Source of the DNA: Corynebacterium sp.
GTDB taxonomy: Bacteria > Actinomycetota > Actinomycetes > Mycobacteriales > Mycobacteriaceae
Reading direction: 5' to 3'
NCBI RefSeq assembly: GCF_043426755.1
Contig: NZ_JBHWRP010000040.1
Coordinates: forward strand, 36,916 to 100,915
Length of the DNA stretch: 64,000 nucleotides
A program made the translations under genes and the position numbers. The stretch's first letter is position 1, and every line of letters starts with the position of its first letter. The notes beneath the pieces were generated by a model. That model had not been told where the DNA came from and did not search any database. It saw nothing but the letters and a program-made list of their open reading frames with translations. Positions 38,046-48,005 of this stretch are shown one piece after another.

Positions 38046-38091
38046 ATCGGTTAACCTTTCACACACCCTTGAACAGAAAGCTGCTAGACCC

Positions 38092-39015
38092 ATGATGACA
38101 TTTATTCTCATTGCGATTGCGGGCTTCGCCGCCCAACTCGTCGATGGTGGCCTGGGCATGGGCTTCGGCATCACGTCCACCACCATCCTGATCGCCCTGG
38201 CCGGCCTTGTGCCCGCCCAGGCCGTCGCCGCCGTCAACGCCGCCCAGCTGGGCACCACCTTTGCCGCCGGCATCAGCCACTGGCGCTTCGGCAACGTGAA
38301 CTGGAAACAGGCCCTTACCCTGGGTATTCCGGGCATGATCCTGTCGTTTATCGGCGCGACCGTGCTGGCCAACCTGCCGGTGTCCGCCGCCCGCCCGTTG
38401 ACCGGCATCATCTTGATGGTGCTCGGCGTGCATTTGGTGATCCGGTTCAGCAGTGGTCGTCGTAAAGCACAACCTAGTGGCAAGCCGACGTCGAAAGGCG
38501 CCCTGATCGGCCTGGGCTCAATCGGCGGCTTCCTCTCCTCGACCGGTGGCGGCGGCTGGGGGCCGGTCACCGTGTCCACCCTGCTGACCATGGGGCGTGC
38601 GGAACCGCGCAAGATTGTCGGCACCGTCTCCGCCGCCGAATTCCTCGTCTCCATCGGTGGTACCGCGGGCTTCGTCGTGAGCATGTGGGACGAGCTGGCG
38701 CGCAACGCCATGATCATCCTCGCGCTGCTCATCGGCGGCGTGCTGGCAGCACCCATCGCGGCGTGGGCCGTCTCCCGCCTCAACCCTTACCTGCTGGGCG
38801 GGCTGGTCGGCACGATGCTGATCGTCCTCAACGTCCCAGCCGTCTTCGGTGGCTTCGGCTGGTCGGAGACGGTGATGTGGGCGATCCGCATCGTCATCCT
38901 GGTCGTCGGCTTCACCATCACCTTCGTCGGCGCGCGCCGTGCGAAGCGCAACCGGCAGGTCAACGTTGTCGACGAGCAGGAACCCGCCACCGAACCCACA
39001 CCCGTGCACAGCTAG
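38092..39015 (+). CDS. cysZ: TauE/SafE family sulfate/sulfite permease
   Basis: AQLVDGGLGMGFG, GGGGWGP motifs; last gene of the cys operon. Confidence 0.85.
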   Translation: MMTFILIAIAGFAAQLVDGGLGMGFGITSTTILIALAGLVPAQAVAAVNAAQLGTTFAAGISHWRFGNVNWKQALTLGIPGMILSFIGATVLANLPVSAARPLTGIILMVLGVHLVIRFSSGRRKAQPSGKPTSKGALIGLGSIGGFLSSTGGGGWGPVTVSTLLTMGRAEPRKIVGTVSAAEFLVSIGGTAGFVVSMWDELARNAMIILALLIGGVLAAPIAAWAVSRLNPYLLGGLVGTMLIVLNVPAVFGGFGWSETVMWAIRIVILVVGFTITFVGARRAKRNRQVNVVDEQEPATEPTPVHS

Positions 39016-40199
39016 ACAGCCAGCGGGTGGCGATTCCGTACCAGCTTCCCACCCGGCAGCACCCGGTATGTCACGCCGGCGATCTTGCGATACATTTCGC
39101 GGTCGCCGGCTTTGCCGTTGTGATAATCACACAGCATCGAAAGATTGCGCACGACCGTCAACCCGCCCTTACTATGCGGGATATTGTGATTGACCTGTGT
39201 GCGCGTCACCGGCACGCTACACCCCTCTGCGGCGCACACTGTTTGTTCGGCTTCGAGGAGGCAGCGATCTTTGTGGCTGGCGAACCTGGCCAGCGCTTTC
39301 GCCTTGGTGGCGGCGGGCACGGGTGGGTCGCCGCGGGAGGATCTTCGCTCTTCCTCCCGTTCCAGCCCGGCCCGATCGACGATGTGCCCCTCGTCGAAAA
39401 ACGGGTGCAGCCCGGTGGAGATCGTGACCGCACCGTCCATGTTCGTCAGGCCGACGTATTCGGCAATTGGCTCGATCTCCATCGCCATCAGCTCGCGCCC
39501 GGTGATCAGTGCGCCGTTGGTGCAGTGCAGCACCGCATCGGCACCTTCGCCGTTGCGCAGCGCCTGGACGTCGCGCAGCGGCACCAGCACCTTCACCATG
39601 GTGCGCACTCCGCCTTCGCTTGTCGACGAACACATGCCCGCCAATAGTGCTTCTGCTGGAGAGATGCCTTCTTCTTCGGCGCGCTCGCGGGCGATCTGTT
39701 CAGCAGCGCGGATCTCAGACGACGGGCCACGCACTGTCAGGGAGGCCTCGGTGGTGCCCTCGTGGTGGGTGACCTTCATGGAGCGCTGTGGCTCGTCCTG
39801 TTCCTTCTGGTCAGCTGCGGCGTCAGCGGCGGCCTCATTGTAGGCGCGCACGCGTTCGGCGGCGTGGCGCTGGAAGTCATAGTCGTTGCCCTCGAAGGCG
39901 GTGAGCTCTTCGCGCAGGGGCCATTTGCGGGTGGAGTCGGTGAGCCGGTTGGCGTAGTTTTCGATGGACTTCAGCCGCTGCAGGCCCAGGTTGCCGCGTG
40001 TGGCGGAGTCTCGGGCGTTGCGCTGCTTGCGGGTGAAGGCGGTGGTGCCGTAGTAGAGCTTGTGCAGTTTGCGTAGCGTCGCTAGTGGTTGGGCTTCGGC
40101 TCCATGGTGGCGGAAGTCTTCGTCGGAAAGCGTGCCGACCTCGGCGATCAGCGTCATGGCGCTGGTGCCGAGGGCGGTGAGGATCTCTCCGAGGTTCAT
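39012..40199 (-). CDS. HNH endonuclease-signature protein
   Basis: C-terminal CAAEGC...VNHNIPHSKGGLT..NLSMLCDYHN; helical N-terminus. Confidence 0.85.
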   Translation of the reverse strand: MNLGEILTALGTSAMTLIAEVGTLSDEDFRHHGAEAQPLATLRKLHKLYYGTTAFTRKQRNARDSATRGNLGLQRLKSIENYANRLTDSTRKWPLREELTAFEGNDYDFQRHAAERVRAYNEAAADAAADQKEQDEPQRSMKVTHHEGTTEASLTVRGPSSEIRAAEQIARERAEEEGISPAEALLAGMCSSTSEGGVRTMVKVLVPLRDVQALRNGEGADAVLHCTNGALITGRELMAMEIEPIAEYVGLTNMDGAVTISTGLHPFFDEGHIVDRAGLEREEERRSSRGDPPVPAATKAKALARFASHKDRCLLEAEQTVCAAEGCSVPVTRTQVNHNIPHSKGGLTVVRNLSMLCDYHNGKAGDREMYRKIAGVTYRVLPGGKLVRNRHPLAV

Positions 40200-40212
40200 G
40201 CCTCATACGCTA

Positions 40213-40243
40213 AACGGCCCCCGCAATGTGCGCGGGGGCCGTT
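40213..40243. terminator. GC-rich hairpin between the PfpI gene end and the HNH start
   Basis: AACGGCCCCCGC...GCGGGGGCCGTT inverted repeat. Confidence 0.55.
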
Positions 40244-40261
40244 GGCGAAATGTCCGAAATC

Positions 40262-40287
40262 TGTGGAAAACAACATTGTTATCCACA
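40262..40287. promoter_or_regulatory. Inverted pair of DnaA-box-like 9-mers
   Basis: TGTGGAAAA-N8-TTATCCACA. Confidence 0.6.
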
Positions 40288-40317
40288 GGACGGCCGGAAA
40301 GTGCCAGGTTTTACTTC

Positions 40318-40851
40318 TTAGTCGTTGCTCGACTGAAAGGCTTCGACGATCGCCGCGTTGAATGCCTCCAGGTCGGCCGGGGTGCGGGAGGAGACCAGGC
40401 CGTTGTCCACGTGGACTTCCTCGTCGACCCAGTTGGCACCGGCGTTGGTCAGGTCGGTCTTCAGCGACGCGTAGGAGGTCAGGGTGCGGCCGCGCAGAAC
40501 GTCGGCGTCGGTGAGGATCCAGCCGCCGTGGCAGATCACGCCGGTGGGCTTGTCAGCCTCGAAGATGCCGCGCACGAATTCGACGGCGTGGCCGTCCATG
40601 CGGATCTTGTCGGCGTTGGAGGTGCCGCCGGGGAGGATGAGGGCGTCGAAGTCGGCGTGATTGGCCTCGGCGGAGGTCAGGTCCACCTTTTCCTCGGTGC
40701 CGTTCTTACCCTTGATGGTGCCGGCTTCGGTGGAGATGAGGGAGACCTCGGCGCCGGCGTTGGTGACGGCCTCGACTGGGCTTGCCAGCTCCGAGTCCTC
40801 GAAGCCGTTGGTGGCGATGACAGCGATCTTGCGTCCGTTGAGAGAAGACAA
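40318..40851 (-). CDS. DJ-1/PfpI family glutamine amidotransferase-like protein
   Basis: GFEDSE, LPGG..NAD, ICHG, SSRTPADL; TTG start after AAGGAG. Confidence 0.9.
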   Translation of the reverse strand: MSSLNGRKIAVIATNGFEDSELASPVEAVTNAGAEVSLISTEAGTIKGKNGTEEKVDLTSAEANHADFDALILPGGTSNADKIRMDGHAVEFVRGIFEADKPTGVICHGGWILTDADVLRGRTLTSYASLKTDLTNAGANWVDEEVHVDNGLVSSRTPADLEAFNAAIVEAFQSSND

Positions 40852-40904
40852 TTTATGCTCCTTAAGTTTGGGGATCGGACTGGCCCCCACCCTATGCGAA
40901 TTTG

Positions 40905-42302
40905 CTAATTCCCGCGTCCGGGTGCTTCGTCGATATCGTTTTCCGCGGCCGCGTCGCCGCCTTCCTTCAGCTTCTTCACGCTGGTGGCGCCATAGTCCGG
41001 GTCCACGGGCTCTTCGCCGGATTCTTTAGATTTGCGGCGGCCCATCTTGCGCAGGTTGTCGCGCACGGCTTCGAAGGCTTCGCGCGAGCTCATGGTGGCG
41101 CCTTGCTGGGTGGAGATCTGGATGTCGTCGGCAGTAATTTCGCCGGTGCGCAGAGAGACCATTTCGGCGTGGTAGCGGAACCACACGGCGACCACCGCGG
41201 CGACGGGCACCGCCAGGAACGCGCCGATGATGCCGAACAGGGTGGAGCCGACCGTCACAGACAGCAGCACGATCGCCGCGTGGAGGCCCATGGCCTTGGA
41301 CTGCAGGACCGGCTGCAGCACGTTGCCCTCGATCTGCTGAACAGCGACGACGAGCACCAGCACGGCCACCGCCGCCCAGAACCCTTGGGAGACCAGCGCC
41401 ACGATCACGGCCAGCGCGCCTGCGGTGAACGCACCGACGATCGGGATGAACCCGGCGAAGAAGGTGGTCACGGCCAGCGCCATTGCCAGCGGCACCTGCA
41501 GGATCACCAGCCCGATGCCGATGAAGAGGGCGTCCACGAAGGAGACGACGGCCTGCGTGCGGATGAACCCGGACAGGGTGTTCCACGAGCGCATGCACAC
41601 CTCGGTGATGTGGAAGCCGGCCTTGGCACCGACGTACTTGCGCATCCATGGCAGGAAGCGGTTGCCGTCTTTGAGGAAGAAGAACGTGAGGACGAGCATG
41701 AGCACGAGCGTGACGACGATATCTGTGGCCACGCCGACACCCGAAAGCACACCGGAGGCGATATTGGAGGCCTGGTCAGTGATGTATTCGCGGACGTTCG
41801 CCAGCGCCTCGTCGATCTGGGTGGTGTCGATCGCCAGCGGCCCCGTCTCCAGCCAGTTCAGCACCTGGTCGATGCCGCGCTGCGCCTGGCTGTACAGGTC
41901 TTGGGCTTGGGAGCTGATGGTGGGGGCCATGGCGGCGAAGATGGCGAAGATGGCGCCGAAGAAGCCCACGATCACCAGGATCACGGCGAGCGCGGCCGGT
42001 ACCTTGCGGTTGCGCAGCCAGCGTACCGGCGGCCACAGGACGGTGCAGAAGATCAGCGCCAGGATGGCCGGCAGCAGGCCCACCCAGATGAAGCCAAGGC
42101 CTTGCCACACGACCCACGCGGCGGCAGCGATCGCGAGTAGTCGGATCGCCCAGAGGGCGAGGGTGTGCGCGTCCGCGGACAGGATCACCGAGCGGTCAAT
42201 ATTTTCTTCGGAGAGTTCCTGGGCGGAGTCGGCCGGGGTGGGTTCTTTGGGCACGTTGGTGTCAGCGACGGTCTCATTAGTCTTACTCACAGGTGCCATC
42301 AT
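40905..42302 (-). CDS. AI-2E (PerM) family transporter
   Basis: FFFLKDG, FIPIVGA, QQIEGNVLQP, GAFLAVP. Confidence 0.9.
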   Translation of the reverse strand: MMAPVSKTNETVADTNVPKEPTPADSAQELSEENIDRSVILSADAHTLALWAIRLLAIAAAAWVVWQGLGFIWVGLLPAILALIFCTVLWPPVRWLRNRKVPAALAVILVIVGFFGAIFAIFAAMAPTISSQAQDLYSQAQRGIDQVLNWLETGPLAIDTTQIDEALANVREYITDQASNIASGVLSGVGVATDIVVTLVLMLVLTFFFLKDGNRFLPWMRKYVGAKAGFHITEVCMRSWNTLSGFIRTQAVVSFVDALFIGIGLVILQVPLAMALAVTTFFAGFIPIVGAFTAGALAVIVALVSQGFWAAVAVLVLVVAVQQIEGNVLQPVLQSKAMGLHAAIVLLSVTVGSTLFGIIGAFLAVPVAAVVAVWFRYHAEMVSLRTGEITADDIQISTQQGATMSSREAFEAVRDNLRKMGRRKSKESGEEPVDPDYGATSVKKLKEGGDAAAENDIDEAPGRGN

Positions 42303-42352
42303 GCCAGAAAACTTATGGTGCAAGAATTGTCCCGATGCCTGACAATAGGTGC

Positions 42353-43321
42353 ATGCGAGTGACTGTGGTGACGACGGTGCCCTCCCAACACGCCCCTGCT
42401 ACCGATGTGCAGGCGACCGTGGCGCGGCTTATCGACGAGTTCGCGGACGCTGGGCTAGTCGTCACTGGTCCCGATATCCGCAGCACCCACCCGCTGGCCC
42501 GCCTGGTCACGCGTGCGGCGTGCGTGTATGAGCTCTATCGTGATGACCATTACACGCCCCTTCAACTGTCAGAATTCGCACACCTGGCCTCTTTGGGCCC
42601 CACGGTGGTGCAGGTGGGCAATGGTCCGGTGCGTTCGGTGGACGGGGAGAACCTCCAAGCACCCGGCAATGACGTGAAGGTCCCCGTGGCCGAGGACGCG
42701 GTGCGGCGCAGGCTTTCGTCGTTAAGCGCCATGCGTGGGCTGGGCCATGACGTGCCGCCGGTGCTGGGGCGGGCGGAGGCGAGGCTGCGCGCGTTGCCGG
42801 AGCTGGAGGCGATGATGCGTTCGCAGGCGCTGGTGGGGCAGGTGGCGGCGCTGGTGATGGCGGGGCGGGCGCCGGAGTCGGATGATCTGGTGAGTGTGGG
42901 GCGCGGGCTGATGAGTGCGCGGGAGCGCGATTTTTTGCGCGAGGTGGGCCGGCGCGTGGCGGCGGGCGGTTTTGATGTCAGCGATGAGCTGTATAGCGAG
43001 GCCCAGGTGCATCTGACGGCGGTCGCGGCGGCGGAGGCCCTGGGGTGGGTGTTGGGGCGGGTGCTTGTCGACGATGCCCGCGTGACTCCTGCGCGGATGG
43101 ATTCGGAGGCGTGGGTGATGGGTGCTCCTGGTGGTGGTTCGGGTCAGGTGCGCGGCCTGGAGGAGATTCTGGATGCTTTTGATCTGGCGCATGTGGTGCA
43201 TCATGCTGCGCCGGAGTGGATGGCGCGGGAGGGGCGTCGGATAGCGAGGGGGTGGAATCGGGCGTTGGGCTGGGCGTTGTGGCCGGGTTCGCAGTGGGGG
43301 CAGAGCGAGCGAGTGATTTGA
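42353..43321 (+). CDS. Hypothetical protein (C-terminus loosely DUF4272-like)
   Basis: Long ORF filling the gap; EEILDAFDL...RALGWAL...W; start uncertain. Confidence 0.55.
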   Translation: MRVTVVTTVPSQHAPATDVQATVARLIDEFADAGLVVTGPDIRSTHPLARLVTRAACVYELYRDDHYTPLQLSEFAHLASLGPTVVQVGNGPVRSVDGENLQAPGNDVKVPVAEDAVRRRLSSLSAMRGLGHDVPPVLGRAEARLRALPELEAMMRSQALVGQVAALVMAGRAPESDDLVSVGRGLMSARERDFLREVGRRVAAGGFDVSDELYSEAQVHLTAVAAAEALGWVLGRVLVDDARVTPARMDSEAWVMGAPGGGSGQVRGLEEILDAFDLAHVVHHAAPEWMAREGRRIARGWNRALGWALWPGSQWGQSERVI

Positions 43322-43376
43322 GGTGAAGTTCACAGGAAACTTTTGCCGGCGGCTGTGACCTGCGGAAACGAAGAAA

Positions 43377-43497
43377 GTTGAGTGGGGTTGGAATAACTTT
43401 GTGCTGGGTCCCGTTGTATAGGTTGAGTGCAATCGGCTCAAGGTTGCTGGGATCGTGTGTTAGAGTGGTTTCACAAGTTGAGCCAGAGGCAATCAAC
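43377..43497. promoter_or_regulatory. Three HAIR (HspR) operators
   Basis: GTTGAGT-N7-GAATAAC (43377), GTTGAGT-N7-GCTCAAG (43422), GTTGAGC-N7-AATCAAC (43477) versus CTTGAGT-N7-ACTCAAG. Confidence 0.85.
43390..43415 (+). promoter_or_regulatory. SigH-type promoter of dnaK
   Basis: GGAAT-N18-GTT. Confidence 0.65.
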
Positions 43498-43537
43498 TTA
43501 TCTGATGAACTTCACTTAAACAGGAGGAATAAACATA

Positions 43538-45400
43538 ATGGGACGCGCAGTAGGAATTGACTTGGGTACCACCAATTCGGTTGTATCCGTCCTCGAAGGT
43601 GGCGAGCCAGTAGTGATCGCCAACTCGGAGGGCTCCCGTACCACCCCGTCCGTTGTCGCATTCGCGAAGAACGGCGAAATCTTGGTCGGCCAGTCCGCCA
43701 AGAACCAGGCGGTCACCAACGTTGACCGCACCATCCGCTCCGTCAAGCGCCACATGGGCTCTGACTGGTCCGTGGAAATTGACGACAAGAAGTACACCCC
43801 GCAGGAAATCTCTGCACGCACGCTGATGAAGCTGAAGCGCGACGCAGAGTCCTACCTTGGTGATGAGGTCACCGAGGCAGTTATTACCGTCCCTGCGTAC
43901 TTCGAAGACGCACAGCGCCAGGCCACCAAGGAGGCCGGCCAGATCGCAGGCCTCAACGTCCTGCGTATTGTTAACGAGCCAACCGCAGCAGCTCTGGCCT
44001 ACGGCCTGGAGAAGGGCGAGAAGGAACAGACCATCCTGGTGTTCGACCTGGGTGGCGGTACCTTCGACGTCTCCCTGCTGGAGATTGGTGACGGCGTCGT
44101 CGAGGTGCTTGCAACCGCAGGTGACAACGAGCTCGGCGGCGATGACTGGGATCAGCGCATCGTCGATTGGCTCGTCGAAAAGTTTAAGTCTGCCCACGGC
44201 ATCGACCGGACCAAGCCCACGAGGGCGCGGCAGCGTCTGCGCGAGGCAGCAGAGAAGGCAAAGATTGAGCTGTCCAGCTCCCAGCAGGCTTCCATCAACC
44301 TGCCGTACATCACCGTGGACTCTGAGAAGAACCCACTGTTCCTGGACGAAACGCTGAGCCGCACCGAGTTCCAGAAGATCACCTCTGATCTGCTGGATCG
44401 CACCAAGTCGCCATTCAACCAGGTGATCAAGGACGCCGGCCTGTCCGTCTCCGAGATCGACCACGTGGTCATGGTGGGCGGCTCCACCCGTATGCCAGCT
44501 GTTACCGACATGGTCAAGGACCTCACCGGTGGCAAGGAGCCAAACAAGGGCGTGAACCCGGACGAGGTTGTCGCACTGGGTGCCGCTCTGCAGGCAGGTG
44601 TGCTGACCGGCGACGTCAAGGACGTTCTGCTTCTCGACGTCACCCCGCTCTCCCTGGGCATTGAGACCAAGGGAGGTGTGATGACCAAGCTCATCGAACG
44701 CAACACCACCATCCCAACCAAGCGCTCCGAGACCTTCACCACTGCCGAAGACAACCAGCCTTCCGTGCAGATCCAGGTCTTCCAGGGTGAGCGTGAGATG
44801 GCATCGGCCAACACCTTGCTCGGTTCCTTCGAGCTGGGCGGCATCGCACCAGCACCACGTGGCGTGCCACAGATCGAGGTCACCTTCGACATCGACTCCA
44901 ACGGCATCGTCAGCGAGTCCGCAAAGGACAAGGGCACCGGTAAGGAAAACACGATCACCATCCAGGACGGCTCCAAGCTGTCCCAGGAAGAGATCGACCG
45001 CATGATCAAGTACGCCGAAGAGCACGCGGAAGAGGACAAGAAGCGCCGCGAGGAGCAGGAAACCCGCAACTCCGCAGAAACCGCTTCCTACCAGACCCGC
45101 AAGTTCGTCGACGAGAACTCCGAGAAGGTCTCCGAGGACGTCAAGGCCAAGGTCATCGCAGCGGCAGACAAGGTCGACGAGGCGCTCAAGGGCGACGACC
45201 TCGAGGCCATCAAGTCCGCTGTCGAGGAGCTGAACACCGAGTCCCAGGAGATGGGCAAGCAGCTCTACGAGGCTGAGGCCAACACCGGCGCAACCCAGGC
45301 TGACGCTGGCGACTCCGCCAACGCTGCCGACGACAACGTCGTCGACGCCGAGGTTGTCGAAGAGGACGAGTCCGACTCTGATAACTCCGACAACAAGTAG
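43538..45400 (+). CDS. dnaK: Chaperone DnaK
   Basis: [42 protein letters not shown]. Confidence 0.99.
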   Translation: MGRAVGIDLGTTNSVVSVLEGGEPVVIANSEGSRTTPSVVAFAKNGEILVGQSAKNQAVTNVDRTIRSVKRHMGSDWSVEIDDKKYTPQEISARTLMKLKRDAESYLGDEVTEAVITVPAYFEDAQRQATKEAGQIAGLNVLRIVNEPTAAALAYGLEKGEKEQTILVFDLGGGTFDVSLLEIGDGVVEVLATAGDNELGGDDWDQRIVDWLVEKFKSAHGIDRTKPTRARQRLREAAEKAKIELSSSQQASINLPYITVDSEKNPLFLDETLSRTEFQKITSDLLDRTKSPFNQVIKDAGLSVSEIDHVVMVGGSTRMPAVTDMVKDLTGGKEPNKGVNPDEVVALGAALQAGVLTGDVKDVLLLDVTPLSLGIETKGGVMTKLIERNTTIPTKRSETFTTAEDNQPSVQIQVFQGEREMASANTLLGSFELGGIAPAPRGVPQIEVTFDIDSNGIVSESAKDKGTGKENTITIQDGSKLSQEEIDRMIKYAEEHAEEDKKRREEQETRNSAETASYQTRKFVDENSEKVSEDVKAKVIAAADKVDEALKGDDLEAIKSAVEELNTESQEMGKQLYEAEANTGATQADAGDSANAADDNVVDAEVVEEDESDSDNSDNK

Positions 45401-45406
45401 GCCCGA

Positions 45407-45428
45407 CCCCGCGTAGTGACGCGCGGGG
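45407..45428 (+). other. Intergenic hairpin between dnaK and grpE
   Basis: CCCCGCG-TAGTGACG-CGCGGGG with no U-tract. Confidence 0.5.
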
Positions 45429-45454
45429 AGCCACGAGAAAGATGGTGAATGATA

Positions 45455-46144
45455 ATGGCACAAGAAATGCCGAACGATCCAGGTAACCCGGACAACACCG
45501 ACCCGGAGTTCACCAGCCCGAACGAGGCCGAGCAGGCAGCAGCCGACGCCGCTAAGGCACAGGCCGACGCCCGCGCTGACGCCGCCGAAGAGGCCGCGGA
45601 AGAGGCCGCGATCGATCCAGAGCTTGAAGCAGAGATCGACGAGGCGCTCGCAGGCGTCGACGAGCAGGAAGCCGCCGAAGCGGAAGCAGCAGCCGCAGTC
45701 CCTGACGTAGAGGCCCAGTTGGCTGAGCGCACCGAGGACCTGCAGCGTGTGAGCGCCGAGTACGCGAACTACCGTCGTCGTACTGAGCGCGAGCGCACCG
45801 CCGCCGTCGAGACCGCGAAGGCCAAGGTAATCACCGAGTTCCTGCCGCTTCTCGACGACCTCGAGCTAGCCAAGCAGCACGGCGACCTCGACGAGGGCCC
45901 GCTGAAGGCCTTCGCCGACAAGCTGAACAACGTGCTGGCCGGCCAGAAGCTGGAAGCATTCGGTGCAGAAGGCGACGAGTTCGACCCGGAGATCCACGAG
46001 GCGGTCCAGGACCTGTCCGAAGGCGAGGAGAAGCGCTTGGGCACGGTGCTGCGCAAGGGCTACCGCTTGGGCGATCGCCTAGTGCGCAACGCCATGGTGA
46101 TCATTGCGGATCCGCAGGAGACGCAAGAGCCAGAGGCTGAATAA
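45455..46144 (+). CDS. grpE: Nucleotide exchange factor GrpE
   Basis: [33 protein letters not shown]. Confidence 0.97.
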   Translation: MAQEMPNDPGNPDNTDPEFTSPNEAEQAAADAAKAQADARADAAEEAAEEAAIDPELEAEIDEALAGVDEQEAAEAEAAAAVPDVEAQLAERTEDLQRVSAEYANYRRRTERERTAAVETAKAKVITEFLPLLDDLELAKQHGDLDEGPLKAFADKLNNVLAGQKLEAFGAEGDEFDPEIHEAVQDLSEGEEKRLGTVLRKGYRLGDRLVRNAMVIIADPQETQEPEAE

Positions 46145-46173
46145 GTAGCGATAGGCGACACGCCGTGTTAGAA

Positions 46174-46209
46174 AAAGGCCGGGGACCACTAGCTTTGGCC
46201 CCGGCCTTT
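46174..46209. terminator. Terminator-like hairpin between grpE and dnaJ
   Basis: AAAGGCCGGGG...CCCCGGCCTTT. Confidence 0.65.
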
Positions 46210-46304
46210 CCACAATTTCATAGAATTAGATTTGATAAATATTTCACAAAATATATTTAACCCAACAACACTCTTCGAATAGAAGCGAAAGGAGGAGATG
46301 ACCC

Positions 46305-47495
46305 GTGGCAATGAACCGTGAATGGGCAGATAAGGACTATTACGGGGACCTGGGCGTCTCCAAGAACGCCTCAGCGGCGGATATTAAGAAGGCATACCGG
46401 AAACTCGCGCGCGAGAACCACCCGGACCAAAACCCGGGAGACACGAAGGCGGAGGAGCGCTTTAAGAAGGCTGCCGAAGCTTATGACGTGCTTTCCGACG
46501 AAAAGTCGCGCAAGGAATACGACCAGCTGAAATCGATGATCGGTTCCGGTGGTTTCCCCGGCTTCGGAGGGGCAGGTGGTTCCGGCTTTCCGGGCGGGTT
46601 TCGTCAGACGTCGACGGAAAACAGCGACTTCTCAGACATCTTCGGAGGAGGACCCGGTGGAGGATTTTCTGAAGAAGGCGGTCTTGGTGACATCTTCGGC
46701 GGCCTCTTTAATCGTGGCGGCGGTGGTGGCAAGTCAGCGCGGCCGACGCGGGGGGCGGATGTAGAAACCCGCATTACCCTCGACTTCCGCGAGGCCGCCC
46801 AGGGCACCACAATCCCGCTGGAGCTTTCCGGTGAGGCGCCGTGTACGACGTGCCACGGTTCCGGCTCGAAGTCGGGCAACCCGACGACGTGTTCCGAGTG
46901 TTCCGGCTCTGGCTTTGTCAGTGAGCAAAAAGGCGCGTTCGGTATGTCGCGTCCGTGCACCAAGTGTGGCGGCTCCGGCCAGGTCATTGAGGACCCCTGC
47001 CCGACCTGCTCGGGACGGGGCACGGTGCACCGCACCAGGTCGATTACCGTGCGTATCCCCGCGGGCGTGATCGACGGGCAGAAGGTGCGCCTGGCTGGGC
47101 AGGGGGAGGCTGGCCCGAACGGCACCCCGGCGGGCGACTTGTTCGTGCACGTCACGGTGCGCCCGGACAAGGTGTTCACCCGCGATGGTGATGACCTTGA
47201 GGTGACCGTGCCGGTGTCCTTTGCTGAGCTTGCGCTTGGCGGCACCGTGACGGTGCCCACTTTGGACAAGCGCGTGAAGGTGAAGGTTCCGGCGGGCACG
47301 CCGAACGGCCGCACCCTGCGTGTGCGTGGGCGTGGCATCCCGAAAAATTCCGGTGCGGGCGACCTACTGGTCACCGTTGAGGTACAGGTTCCGACGAACC
47401 TCGACGCGGCGGCCACCAGCGACCTGCGCACCTACGCCCAGGCTGAGAAGGATTCCGGCTTTGATCCGCGTCGCGGATGGGCCGGCGCCAATTAG
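46305..47495 (+). CDS. dnaJ: Chaperone DnaJ
   Basis: J-domain HPD, G/F region, four CxxCxGxG repeats. Confidence 0.97.
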   Translation: MAMNREWADKDYYGDLGVSKNASAADIKKAYRKLARENHPDQNPGDTKAEERFKKAAEAYDVLSDEKSRKEYDQLKSMIGSGGFPGFGGAGGSGFPGGFRQTSTENSDFSDIFGGGPGGGFSEEGGLGDIFGGLFNRGGGGGKSARPTRGADVETRITLDFREAAQGTTIPLELSGEAPCTTCHGSGSKSGNPTTCSECSGSGFVSEQKGAFGMSRPCTKCGGSGQVIEDPCPTCSGRGTVHRTRSITVRIPAGVIDGQKVRLAGQGEAGPNGTPAGDLFVHVTVRPDKVFTRDGDDLEVTVPVSFAELALGGTVTVPTLDKRVKVKVPAGTPNGRTLRVRGRGIPKNSGAGDLLVTVEVQVPTNLDAAATSDLRTYAQAEKDSGFDPRRGWAGAN

Positions 47496-47516
47496 TGGAG
47501 CAGGGAGGTGAATACC

Positions 47517-47927
47517 ATGGCAGAAAAGGAATCGCGTAACGATAATTACGAAGAATACTTCGTCATCTCAGTTGCTGCGGAGCTGACTGGCATGCACGCA
47601 CAAACCCTGCGCACCTACGACCGCATGGGGCTGGTGACCCCGATGCGGACCTCGGGCGGTGGGCGCCGCTATTCCCACCGTGACATCTCGATGCTGCGGA
47701 GGATCCAGCAGCTCTCACAGGAAGAGGGCGTGAACTTGGCCGGCATCAAGACGATTATCGAATTGTCGGAGGAGATCGAAGAACTCCAGTCCCGCCTTGA
47801 GCACACTGAGCAGCAGAATAAGGAACTGCGCCAGCAGCTGTCGCGGGGCGGACGCACGAGCGGGGAGTTGGTGCATGTTCCGCGTTCCACGGCGATGGTG
47901 ATGTGGAACCCACGGCGTCGTCGATAG
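47517..47927 (+). CDS. hspR: Heat-shock repressor HspR
   Basis: ISVAAELTGMHAQTLRTYDR, GGGRRYS, EGVNLAGI. Confidence 0.96.
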   Translation: MAEKESRNDNYEEYFVISVAAELTGMHAQTLRTYDRMGLVTPMRTSGGGRRYSHRDISMLRRIQQLSQEEGVNLAGIKTIIELSEEIEELQSRLEHTEQQNKELRQQLSRGGRTSGELVHVPRSTAMVMWNPRRRR

Positions 47928-47956
47928 GCGCAGATAGGCGCCGAAAGGCAAAAGTA

Positions 47957-47993
47957 AACGCCCTGGCCAACCGTGATGGTTGGGCAGGGCGTT
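47957..47993. terminator. Terminator between convergent genes
   Basis: AACGCCCTG...CAGGGCGTT long stem. Confidence 0.7.
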
Positions 47994-48005
47994 CGTGCTG
48001 TGTAA

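Noticed and set aside
27373..42342. Long antisense or alternative-frame ORFs over the ABC, cys and AI-2E genes (e.g. 27373-29424, 32802-33959, 40902-42140)
   Set aside because: High-GC shadow frames overlapping genes with clear family motifs.
43493..45463. 656-aa ORF antisense to dnaK
   Set aside because: Well-known shadow ORF produced by dnaK codon bias; no independent evidence of coding.
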